Part shown: one piece after another, positions 10,647 to 21,493 of the stretch
Position numbering within the stretch: position 1 is the first letter of the stretch
Layout: each line of letters starts with the position of its first letter
NCBI GenBank assembly: GCA_000004985.1
Contig: GG738925.1
From: Naegleria gruberi
Lineage: Eukaryota
DNA: 64,000 nucleotides
Reading direction: 5' to 3' (one strand)
Notes under the pieces: generated by a model
What the model was told of the DNA's origin: nothing
Seen by the model: only the letters and a program-made list of their open reading frames with translations
The model's database searches: none
Translations under genes and position numbers: made by a program

Positions 10647-11752
10647 CTAAATATCACTTTCTCCAGCAACGAGTTTAGTTAATTGTTTCATTTCGAGAAT
10701 GTAATTGAGTCCTTCATCACGAAACTTATTTGCAGAAATATCAAGATTCCTTAATTGTTTCATGAGACTAATATACTTAGCTCCCTCATTACCAATAGAA
10801 TTAAAGGAAATATCAAGTTTTGTTAATTGGTTCATATCACTAACATGCTTTGCTCCTTCATCACCAATATAATTATCACAAATGTTGAGATTAGTCAATT
10901 GTTTCATTTGTTGACTAATAACTCTTGCTCCTTCATCACCAATATCATTCGTGAAACACGAAAGTTTGGTCAACTGTTTCATTCCACAAATGTATTCCAT
11001 TCCATTCACCAAAATTATTGGCACCGATATTTAGAACAGTCAATTGTTTCATTTCACTAACGAGTTTCACTCCGTCATCATCAAATATATTTGCAGAAAT
11101 ATTGAGATTGGTCAATTGTTTCATACCACTAAGATGTACCACTCCTTGATTACCAATCTTATTGATACAAACATTGAGTTTTGTTAATTGATCCAATTCA
11201 GAAATATATTTTGATCCCTTGTCACGAATATTATTTCCAGAAATATTGAGACTGGTTAATTGTTTCATTGTACTAATATATTCAGCTCCAAAATCATTAA
11301 TTCTGTTATATGCAATTTTAAGCACTCTCAGTTGTTTCATTTCACATATGGATTTAGCTCCCTGATCACATATATCATGATTACTAATATCTAGCATTGT
11401 TAATCCTTTCAAATTCTTAATGGAATAAGACAGTTTCTTATAAACTTTTTCATTATTAATGGAAGACCTTGCAACTTTTAATTTGTAAATATTTTGTAAA
11501 AATCTTCCCTCCATTTTCTTGATACAATCACTTTTACAAATTAATGAAAGTTTCATTCTTTCCAAAATAACAGTCAACCACTGTTTGGAAACGAGTGCAC
11601 AATTCAACACTAGAAAATTAAAATCATGAAAAGAAAATATTTCACACAAAATATCGGCATAGAAAAGTGGAATATCTTCCTTCAGCTTTTTTGTTTCGGG
11701 TGATGATTGATTACAGTTTGATGGATCGAATACTTCTCTTGTTCGTTTGCTC
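10647..11752 (-). CDS. F-box/leucine-rich-repeat protein (ribonuclease-inhibitor-type LRRs, MKQLTxLxIxxNxIGDEGAKxIS) with an apparent frameshift near 10990-11025
   Basis: N-terminal F-box (IPLFYADILCEIFSF...). At least 10 regular 24-25-aa LRRs continue seamlessly from the 10945..11799 frame into the 10647..11024 frame. The frame change falls in a GGAATGGAATGGA run with no splice signals. The true ATG is at 11752 (MSKRTREVF). Confidence 0.6.
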
Positions 11753-12255
11753 ATTTTTTTTTGATTGTAATTGATCAAACCTTTTTGTAATTGACTCACG
11801 AATAATCGTGTTAAATGACTGATGATAAAATTGCAAGATCTAATGTTCTGTTCTTTGAGTTAAAGCTTCCGAATAAACAGAATTAACAGAGTATGGGTTG
11901 GAGGACCTCTCTAATTATGATGATAGTATTGGGAATTGTTGTTAGGTATTTAGCTTAGTATGTTGCGGAACTTCTCTTAATTCTTTTGCGACCAAAATCA
12001 GTAATTTGTCAATTTGGATTTGATTGGAAGATGCAAACAACATTCAAGAAAATTGTGACTATTAATTCAACAATCTAATTGAATCTTAAATATTGTAAAA
12101 ACAGATTGGATTGTTGAACAAGAAAAACAACATTAAAAAAATCACACAACTACGATCAAACCCTCTATCTGAACCAAAACTCAAAATCATCGAGTGCATT
12201 GTTTATACCATATTTGGAATATTACTATTCTTGCAAGTTAAAAGTTATTGTAAAA

Positions 12256-14163
12256 ATGTTATCTCATTACTCTAAATTAAGTATCATAACCTTCGTGGTC
12301 TTTCTCCGCCTTGTTATGATCACCAATGCTTACTTGCCTTACACTGAGACTCATCCAATGAAATTTGACACACAATTCTCCATTTCCCTTACTAGCTCAA
12401 ACACTATACTAAAGCCAGGTCCAATTACTAGATATTCTGATGCATACGAAAAGGCAATTGCTTTCTTTAGAAATCAGTATGGTCTCGATATTGCTGGAAA
12501 TGGCACTCGTTTGCCATCTGGTTGTGGGCTATTTACAGGAACCAATTCTGAATATGTTGTCAATTATGCCAAAGTTCGTGGTTTTCAAATTGTGGCTGGT
12601 AGTCAGGATGTTGGAGTCCATGAGGATTCGTTCAGAATTGTGGTAAGTGGGCCGATTGTTTCGAATGGAAATTATGGAAAGAATGGCGCCTTAATTGATT
12701 CAAATTCAGTTTTACATTTTGGATTTTATACCTTCTTTTGGAGAAGTAATGGAACAGTTCTATTTCCAAGAGTAATTTACTCTGGAATGATGCCAATCAA
12801 GGTCAATTCTAATTCTTCCATGATTAATTTCCAATTGACGTCCAGTTTATTTGGTCAAGGATATGCTCGTGGTTCTATTTTACAAAGAACTAATCCACAA
12901 AATGGAAAATTGTTTACAACCATTATCAGTTCTCATTCCTACCAAATGTCAATCACTGATTTCTCTCCAAAATGTTCAGTAATTACCTCTGAAAAGGATA
13001 TCTTCAATGAGGATATTGTAATCAAGTGGAATAATGTGCTATTGAGTGTGATTCGTGATTTGAAGGTATCTGCTCCAATAGCTTCAAGACAATTGGCTAT
13101 TCTTCACTCTGCTATTGATGATTCGCTGGTTGACTGTAAGAATTTCTCTTCAAATTGCTCTCGTTCCACTTTAGTGTCCATTATTTCACATGCTGCTAGT
13201 CGAGTATTGAAAAGTTTATACCCAACTCAAATAGATTGTTTCAATGCTGCTTTGAAAAGTGCTTTAGAATGCAATGAATGCAAAGAAGTATCCATTCCTT
13301 ATTTGGAAAATATCGGAAAGCCAGGAATTTTGGCAGCTGACAGAATATTAAAAGAAAGACAAGATGATGGAAGTTTGGACTTTACAGAATATCATTTCTC
13401 TGATGGTTTTATGAATTATCAATCACATGCTCCAAACTTTGTAAGAATTCCACTACTTCCTCATTGGTCAACTGTAAAACCATTTGTCATTCAAAATGCT
13501 TCATTGTATGATCAAGGACCACCTCCACCAATTGACTCACCAATATTTGAAAAAGATTACAATGAAACTCTTCATTTTGGAAGAGAAGATTCGAGTGTGA
13601 GAACTCAAGATCAAAGAAAAATTGCGTTATTTTGGGCTGATGGAGCTGGAACGAGTACTTCACTCGGACATTGGCTCATTATTTTACAAAACATTATTCG
13701 AAATCAGAATATTAAGGATACCTTTCGAATATCTACCTTATTTAAAGTATTGACAATTACAATGGCAGATGCTGCAATTGTTTGTTGGAATCACAAGTAT
13801 AAGTACAATGCCTTTCGTCCAATCACAGTCATAACTGAAAGAGAAAGCAATGAATGGTCACCACTCTTGTCAACTCCTGCATTTCCTGAATATTCTTCAG
13901 GTCACTCAACTCTATCTGCTGCTGCTTCGACAGTATTGAGCTTATTATTTGGCTCTGACGAAATATCCTTTGAGAGCGTTTCTGAGGGTCTAATTCACAC
14001 CATTCGAAAGTTCACTAAATTATCAGAGGCAGCCAAAGAAGCTGGCAAGTCAAGAATTTATGGTGGAATTCACTTTGAATATGCCAATCAAGCAGGGTTC
14101 GGTTCTGGCATTGCCATTGCTCAAACCGTCTTTCACAAATTATGCAATTTTACCACGTGTTAA
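12256..14163 (+). CDS. secreted PAP2-superfamily / vanadium-dependent haloperoxidase-like (acid-phosphatase-like) protein
   Basis: Signal peptide MLSHYSKLSIITFVVFLRLVMITNA. C-terminal PAP2/haloperoxidase motifs KYKYNAFRP...PEYSSGHS...SRIYGGIHFEYAN (KxxxxxxRP / PSGH / SRxxxxxH). Confidence 0.7.
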   Translation: MLSHYSKLSIITFVVFLRLVMITNAYLPYTETHPMKFDTQFSISLTSSNTILKPGPITRYSDAYEKAIAFFRNQYGLDIAGNGTRLPSGCGLFTGTNSEYVVNYAKVRGFQIVAGSQDVGVHEDSFRIVVSGPIVSNGNYGKNGALIDSNSVLHFGFYTFFWRSNGTVLFPRVIYSGMMPIKVNSNSSMINFQLTSSLFGQGYARGSILQRTNPQNGKLFTTIISSHSYQMSITDFSPKCSVITSEKDIFNEDIVIKWNNVLLSVIRDLKVSAPIASRQLAILHSAIDDSLVDCKNFSSNCSRSTLVSIISHAASRVLKSLYPTQIDCFNAALKSALECNECKEVSIPYLENIGKPGILAADRILKERQDDGSLDFTEYHFSDGFMNYQSHAPNFVRIPLLPHWSTVKPFVIQNASLYDQGPPPPIDSPIFEKDYNETLHFGREDSSVRTQDQRKIALFWADGAGTSTSLGHWLIILQNIIRNQNIKDTFRISTLFKVLTITMADAAIVCWNHKYKYNAFRPITVITERESNEWSPLLSTPAFPEYSSGHSTLSAAASTVLSLLFGSDEISFESVSEGLIHTIRKFTKLSEAAKEAGKSRIYGGIHFEYANQAGFGSGIAIAQTVFHKLCNFTTC

Positions 14164-14310
14164 AAAAACGCATTGTAAAAACAATAACTCTGTTTTGTAA
14201 CATTCTATTTTTTTCCAGCATTTTCTAGATTCCCGCCAAAACGGTGAACTTACAATTTTTTGTTCATCGGTATTGCGTTGTTTCTAACTCTCAACTTCAC
14301 TTTTTAAAAA

Positions 14311-17300
14311 ATGTCTGCAACATCAGCTGCCTCAACATCCGACAATACAAAGAAGAGAAAAACATCATTGATGATGGAAGCCTCGGAGGCTACTGAAATT
14401 TTTGAAAATGATCAGAATGAAAAGTTGATTGATGAAATTTCTGATGCGTTGCATAGATTGTCCCTCCAGAAGCAAACTGAAGAAATGATCAAGAAATTGG
14501 TCGAGCAAAAAGATCAAACAAGTGGTGAGAGTAAGAAATCATCCACTTTTGATAAACTTGCAATTCTTCAACAAATGCAACAGGAAGAGATGGTAGTGTT
14601 AAAAGTTGGTGGTATGTTGTGTGAAATTGTATTTTTAACAATCAATTTATTATGATGATTGACAGGTAAATTCTTTTATACAACAATGAAAACTTTGATG
14701 GGTGAAAGAGGTAACTCTAAAGTTCAAACAAAGAAAATTATTATTGCTGATAAAGTTGGTAAAGCAACTGCTGGTAAGAAGAGAGGTGAAGATGAAGAAG
14801 ATGAAGAAATGGATGAAGGTGGCGATGAAGAAGGTGGTGATGAAATGGATGAAGATGGTGAAAGACCAAAAGAAGACGGTATCTCATCACTTGAATATGT
14901 TTGTGCTCAAGATAACTTGTTTAAAGTCATGTTTGATTCTGGTTTTGGTATTGAAAGAGATGAAGCAAACAAGTCTGCAATTTCATTCCCTGACAGAAAT
15001 CCAGATTATTTCGAATATATTTTAGAACACTTAAGACAAGGTGGTAAAGTTAAATCTTTGGGTATTGAAAAGTTGAATGCTGACGAATTAGAAAATATTT
15101 TAGAAGAATCAAGATATTTTGCAACTGAAAAGTTATCAGAATATATCTTATTCTTACTTGACAAGTATCACAAATATGATTCAAATTTATCTAATTATGC
15201 TGAAATTGAAGAAATTTTGAATGATTCTGTACAAAATTTGAAAAAGGTTGAAATTCCACTCGAACAAATTCAACAAAGACTCAAATCATTTGAAGATTCA
15301 ATCAACGAATCCAAGAAGAGTGTTGGTGAATATTCACGCAAATTGGTTGAACAATATCAAAACTTTATTTTAGGTACTGATTTAGAAAGTGATTTATCTG
15401 TAAAGATTGATGTTTCAGGTCAAATTTTCACAATTCCATTCACAAGTTTGAGAAAGTATGAGAATTTCCTCCTTTCAAAATACATCTTATCACCAAACTT
15501 TGGTTTAAATGAAAATGGTTGTGTATTTATTGATAGAAATCCAAAGTTATTTGCCCTTATTCATGGTTACATTATCAGTGGTGGTAAATTTAATCATTTC
15601 CCAAAGAATCTTTCACAAGAAAAGAAACTTCAATTGAAACAAGAAGCTGAATTCTATGGTTTGACAACACTTGTTCAAGAATATCTTGATCCACTTCGTT
15701 ATCCAGTTGAAAAGATTGGTAAAGATAATATTGAATTGAAAGAAAAGGAAGATAAATTGAGAGAAATCTTTGCAAAGGAAAGAGAATCACCATTATTGAA
15801 TGATCCATATCTTTTATTATCACCCCTCTTCCAAAATTTAGAAGAAATTAAGAATCAAGAAAAGTATAGAATTGATATTGGTCACTGTCCAAAATTATTA
15901 GATTTAACAGATAAGACTAGATATTCTAGACAAGTTTCTAAACCAAGACTTGTTAATAATTTGAATGGTTTCAAATTGAATTGGCATAGATTCACTCAAG
16001 GTGCTTTGGATGGTCTTGATTGGAATAATGTTTTTGCTGCAGGTGGCGGTATTCTTGGTTGTTGTTTGAAAGATGATAATTTTGATAATAATACTGCAGT
16101 CTCAACAATTTATCCAACTTCTGTTAATGAAAGAACTGAAACAAATACTTCAAGAGCAGTATCAGTCATTGATGATGAAAATGATGAAAATGAAGCTGCT
16201 GATTTTGGTTTTTGGAGAAGATTTTCAAAGAAGGCAACAACTAAATCTACAGGTGAAGAAGGAGATGAAGAAGAGGAAGAAGAAACAGAACAAAAACAAG
16301 AAGTTATTAGCAAGTATCCAATTGGTAGATTCCACAATTTAGATTCTATGGGTAATTCTACTTTATACAGTCAATATAGCAGTCATTCCTATGCAAGTCT
16401 TGATCAAAGAAAGGCCCGTTCCTCTGAACTTGCTAAAACTATTTCTGAATCCACTACCTCAAACAAGGAAAATGCTCGTTTTATCCCTGATGCCAACATT
16501 CCTGCTCCATTTAAAAAATCAGATATCGATCTTTTCTTATATGCTTTGAGTGAAGAAGAAGCTGAAGAAAAGATTAAACATATTTATCAAACTATCAAGA
16601 AGAATATGAGTAGAAGATTATTAATGAATTATGCTGGAGATAAGATGGAACATAAGGGCTACTATTCTCATTTGAAGGATGAAGAGAAAGCTAAATGTAT
16701 TTATCAAGATGGTATTATTAGAACTGAAGAAGGTACTTTGATCAATGATGACGTTTTGGTTGTTAGAACTAAATTTGCTGTCACATTCTATTGTTACAAA
16801 CTCAGACCAATTCAAGTTGTTTTGAGAATTTACAAATCACCTGCAGAAGTTTTGTTAGGTTTTGATATTGATTGTGCAACTATGGGTTTTGATGGAAATC
16901 AAGTTTGGTCAAGTGCAAGAGCAAGAAGAGCTTTAATGTATCATACTAATCTTGTTGATGTTGATAGACAATCTACAACTTATGAATATAGATTGTACAA
17001 GTATAGTAAGAGAGGTTTCTCTGTTTCAATTCCAGGTTATGATACTGCTAAAGTTCAAAATCAATTGTTACAATATCCACGTAGATTCCCATTCACTTCA
17101 ACTGAATATTTGTTGCACGGTTTAGCAAGACTTATTGCTTTTGATAATTCTTGTCGTGCTAAGAATCCAAAACATATTTTAGGTGTTTATGATGATCGTG
17201 ATCCAAATGCAGCTCAATTAAGAGAAGAAAATAAGGCTCTCATCCTTTCTGGTGAATTGAATGTAAAGTCAGACTATCTTGATTTGAATATTATCAAATC

Positions 17301-18225
17301 ATATAAGTATCCTCCAAGCTTTATCTTTACTACTTTAGAAAAGACTCGTCAGATTGTATCACTTATTAATTTGAAACCTGAAGAACAAAGAGACATTAAG
17401 AATTGGCGTGATAGAGAAAAGATTAGAAGAACTTTCAGAAAAGGAGAAAGTGTTAAATTTGATAGTAGATTGAAAAATAATACTAATATCAAAATGGAAA
17501 GAGATCCAGATTGGAAACCTCACTTTATTTATTCTTTGAATGATATTGATACTGTTCTCAATAGTGAAAAGTTTGATGCAAGAATCTCCAACAAGATTCA
17601 ATTCCTTACCGTTGATCCAGGAACTCAGAAAATTGGTTCCTTCCATCCAAAGGATATTAACTTTTATAGAGATGCCTATCAACCAGTTCCATTCTCTAAA
17701 TTACCAATTTTGAAGGAAGCCAAGATGAGAACTGTTTGGTTCAAGGCAATGACTGAACTCCCTCCTCAACATGTTATCGACGAAAGAGAAAAACATGTTA
17801 AGGAAAATACAAACCAATACGGTTTTTATAATGATAATAAGGATTACACCAAGGATCCATTCGAAGAAAGATATCAAAAATTCTCAATGTCCAGACCAAA
17901 TCCAAATTCACAAAACATCTATGACAAGTGGGTTCAAGAAGAAATTTGGTTTGAAGCATTCACACCAGAAGAAAGCAACAAGATTGAACAAGAGTTTAGA
18001 AAGTTTATTGTTTATGGAAATCCTGAAAGCTTTGCAATTTCAGGATCTGAACTTATTGACTTCTCCTATTGGAGACTCTTCCTTGATAGTAACCATCCAA
18101 CTCATCCAAACACTGCTGCTGCCTTGCATAGAAAGAATTTCTGTGAATCTGGTCATTACTTTGGAGGAATTGATGAAGATCAAGTTGGTACTGTTACAAC
18201 CCTCTCTTACAGATCTTTCTATTAA
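14311..18225 (+). CDS. large protein with two BTB/T1 (KCTD-like) domains and a C-terminal region carrying a nucleotidyltransferase-like D-x-D signature. Exons: join(14311..14611,14666..18225), proposed.
   Basis: Two T1/BTB-like segments (ISSLEYVCAQDNLFKVMFDSGF...NPDYFEYILEHLRQG; SVKIDVSGQIFTIPFTSLRKYENFLLS...NPKLFALIHGYIISG). Acidic tracts. Downstream ...AAGGGILGCC... and ...KKSDIDLFLY... The upstream ORF 14311..14655 joins in frame through a 54-nt GTATGT...GACAG intron; that join is an inference. Confidence 0.55.
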
Positions 18226-18317
18226 ACAACTCAATAAATATTGATATTATCCAATATTATATAAATTATTTAAATATTAAATATTGTGCAGTCCAATTTT
18301 GATTGATTTATGTTAAA

Positions 18318-18956
18318 TTAGTCTAAAATATGGAACACTTCAATTTCCTTAACCATAAAATCATCTCCGCTGAAATATCTCTGCTTCTTACCAGGTAATC
18401 TATTCTGAGGAAGAATGTGCAACTCAACATCCTCTTGACTCGATGAATATTTCACATCTGACTGATCAGAAATCCAAAAACAATAAGCATATGAAAGTAA
18501 CAATGTACTATCATAGGTAACAAGTGGACATTCTGCCTTATCCTCTTCTAAATGAAAGATATAACACTTGTCATTCTCTAATCTGAAAGTAAACGATTAA
18601 TCATCCCTTATAAGAATTCCCTTCTCAAAATCATCACAATTCGAAGCCAAATCTCTTGTAGCATAAAAACCAAATAAATCATCCTGGTCTGATTTGATGA
18701 TTGTAACAGTTTTCAATTTTCCATCACAATGTCTATGAAAATCAGCACTTCGGAAACCATCTCTAGTGGCTCTGAAAAGAAGCTTTGGCATTAACATTGT
18801 ACAATTATTTAATTCTGCAGACATGCGAAATAATTGTAAATATTGAGAATGAGTGATGATTTGACTATCTAGTTTTGTTTTTAAATGATCTTTCAAAAGG
18901 CTTGATTTAAAATTTGCGTCGAGAGAAAGGGAAACACTGCTGTCATTTAATTCCAT
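18318..18956 (-). pseudogene. TLDc-domain protein with an in-frame TAA (18597..18599) interrupting the domain
   Basis: TLDc motifs LLFRATRDGFRSADFHRHCDGKLKTVTIIKSDQDDLFGFY then, in the same frame after the TAA, SFTFRLENDKCYIFHLEE...YFSGDDFMVKEIEVFHIL. No usable splice signals flank the stop. Confidence 0.5.
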
Positions 18957-19252
18957 TTTTTTTTAAAATTCCAATTGTTGAACTACAGTCTTCACCACCC
19001 CTTGAGAGATACTAAAGAAATGAGATAAAAAATTAGTGTGAAATATGTGCGAAAAGCTAAAGAGAATCATTTCCAAAAATCCTTGCTTAAGGTACAACAA
19101 TTGGGATATATTAATAAATATGACTTCTCTAGTTTTTCACCACACTAATCGCTTTCATACCTACCTAATTCGTACTGTTAGCACAATATTCGGTTGATTA
19201 AATCACCTGTGCACTTTTCTAAAATATCATTAACTGGCTCCAAAAGTCAACA

Positions 19253-21355
19253 ATGAAAGAAATACCTATTTCAAACGACAGGATGTCACTTCAAAAAAAA
19301 ATGGTCAACAAGGTTTGCCTATTAATTCTGCTTGCTGTGTCTCTGTTGCTCTTTGCTTCAGTCACTTGTGAGAATATTGTCTATTCTACTACAACCTACA
19401 TGGATGGAACGCTCGTTCCTTCATTCGAAACTAATGTTGAAACTAACCTATTCAACTCTACCAATCCAAACTCCAGATCCCTCCAAGAAGATTGTACATT
19501 GTGTCCAGTTGGTGGTGATTGCACATGTGCAGGTACTTGTCCAGTTTCTTCATATGATTACAAGGACTTTTTCATCAAGACAACTTGTCCAAATGGTTTC
19601 TACTTGACTTCCTTGAGTCTTCAATGTAGAACAAGTGTTATTGGTGATTCAAAAGTTTTTATTCTTTCTCCAAGTGAATTTGATATTTACAAGGCAGATG
19701 ATACGAAACTTCCAGCTATTCGATTCAACACTAATAATTGTATTGATTATCGTTTTAACATTACAGAAGATCAAACTCTTGTTTACTATTGGTTAGATTT
19801 AAGACCTGCTGTGTATACAGCAAAGTGGTGGTTTAAATTTGTTGGAACTTGCAACAAAATTCAAGCTGGTCAACCTGTCAGAATGGATGTTCAGCCGTCA
19901 GTTGTTACCTTAACAAACACAACATTTTTTGACATTTCAACAACTCTATACGATAGAAACAATATCATCGCTGGTAATGCAGAAGGAGAAATGCGTCTTG
20001 TTGTTGATCCAGCTCAAAATCAAGGTTTCCAATTAACAAGTAGCTCACCAGTTTTGTGGGGAAACTCAACTTTTAAATTAATGAAATTCAAAACAGCTCT
20101 TCCACAAGTTGTGTACCAAGTGTTCTATACGAATGGTAACTATTCCATTAACGAAACAAGAACCATGAATATGACAGGAGATCAAGTTACATTCATTTGT
20201 AACATTCCAAAATATATGATTATTAATCAAGTAGTGAATGTTGATTTCGCTCTTGTGGATAGTCAAAATCAAGTAGTCCAATCTGTGAGTTCTAATTTTG
20301 CTAAACTTGGTTCTCCACAACTTGGTTCAGATTGCATGTATTATTTAACAACTGAAGGTATCTTTCGATATGTTTCACCAGCAGAAAGAGATATTCCATT
20401 AACAAGAGGAAGAGGCTCAATGACTTTGAGAGCTCCAATGACTGTAAGAAGTAATAGTTTTTACATTGATCTCTATTACATGCTACGTACGAAAACTTAT
20501 TTCACATTCGAAACAACTGGACCTCCATATGATGCACAAATCACTATTATTGATGGAGAGTTTGGAAGTGGAACAGATACTGCATTCTCAGTTTCAATTT
20601 ATGATGGAAAAATGGAATATAGTCCCTCACTTGTTAAGGCATGTTCAGATGTTGTGAAAATTGTTTCAGATCCTCCATTAGAAGGGTTTCCAGTGGAAAG
20701 TAAGGCAGTGGAGGGAGTTGCTTTGTTTAATACCATGTTAATTAGTGATCCTAGAAATATCAAGTTGCAAATACTTGTCAATAATCAAGCATTGACAAGT
20801 AAGAATGTTAGAGTTGGAGATAATGTCAAGTTAGCTCTTTCAGTTGACAAGTATTTGATATCACCAGGTGATTCATTCTATGGAAATATCTCAATTTATG
20901 ACATGTTTGATAACTTTTTAAACATGTCTACTGGAAATGCATTCCTTAACATTACCTATAATGGAAATCAATTCATGAAAATTAATTCCAAAGTTGTTAA
21001 TGGATTTTGCATGTTTTCACCAAGTTCAATTCCAAAAATTTACACTTCTCGAGTTTACATTCAAGCTGGATTCTACAGTCAATTCAACCAATTATTCCTA
21101 TCAGAAACATTTGAAATGCAAGTTTACAATTTGTCACCTTACCCTACTCCAAAACCAACCATTAGTCCAATGATGAGTAAAAAGGCAGAACACTCAAGTG
21201 GTGGTAATAATCCAACAAATCCATCTAAACCTTTGAATTCTGTTCAAATTCCAGCCATCAAATCCAATAATCAAAGAATTAACAATGCCAATTCTGTTAA
21301 CATTGGTTCTGTAATTCTTCTTGTGTTCTTCCTCTTTTTGATAAGCATGCATTAA
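19253..21355 (+). CDS. secreted or surface Cys-rich glycoprotein (hypothetical) with a C-terminal hydrophobic tail
   Basis: Signal peptide MVNKVCLLILLAVSLLLFASVTC, an N-terminal Cys cluster, many N-x-S/T sites and a terminal hydrophobic stretch IGSVILLVFFLFLISMH (GPI-like or TM). Confidence 0.55.
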   Translation: MKEIPISNDRMSLQKKMVNKVCLLILLAVSLLLFASVTCENIVYSTTTYMDGTLVPSFETNVETNLFNSTNPNSRSLQEDCTLCPVGGDCTCAGTCPVSSYDYKDFFIKTTCPNGFYLTSLSLQCRTSVIGDSKVFILSPSEFDIYKADDTKLPAIRFNTNNCIDYRFNITEDQTLVYYWLDLRPAVYTAKWWFKFVGTCNKIQAGQPVRMDVQPSVVTLTNTTFFDISTTLYDRNNIIAGNAEGEMRLVVDPAQNQGFQLTSSSPVLWGNSTFKLMKFKTALPQVVYQVFYTNGNYSINETRTMNMTGDQVTFICNIPKYMIINQVVNVDFALVDSQNQVVQSVSSNFAKLGSPQLGSDCMYYLTTEGIFRYVSPAERDIPLTRGRGSMTLRAPMTVRSNSFYIDLYYMLRTKTYFTFETTGPPYDAQITIIDGEFGSGTDTAFSVSIYDGKMEYSPSLVKACSDVVKIVSDPPLEGFPVESKAVEGVALFNTMLISDPRNIKLQILVNNQALTSKNVRVGDNVKLALSVDKYLISPGDSFYGNISIYDMFDNFLNMSTGNAFLNITYNGNQFMKINSKVVNGFCMFSPSSIPKIYTSRVYIQAGFYSQFNQLFLSETFEMQVYNLSPYPTPKPTISPMMSKKAEHSSGGNNPTNPSKPLNSVQIPAIKSNNQRINNANSVNIGSVILLVFFLFLISMH

Positions 21356-21493
21356 TAAACTTTATGAATTCGAATAATATTTCAATAGTTGCATTGTAAT
21401 CATTTTCATTTTCCTTCGAATTAACGAAACTTTCTGTTTTTGGGATTATTGTTAATCACTAAAATACAAATTTACTAGAAATATATCAATAAA

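Noticed and set aside
10827-11060. Plus-strand ORF (77 aa) and other short ORFs antisense to long genes (e.g. 4835..5098, 4987..5352, 16110..16337, 19332..19607, 20078..20320, 26051..26314, 35466..35675, 38500..38733, 39181..39363, 39464..39754, 43085..43279, 44234..44491, 51678..51878, 52295..52513)
   Set aside because: They lie wholly inside or antisense to long, motif-supported CDSs. In AT-rich DNA this is the composition expected of shadow ORFs.
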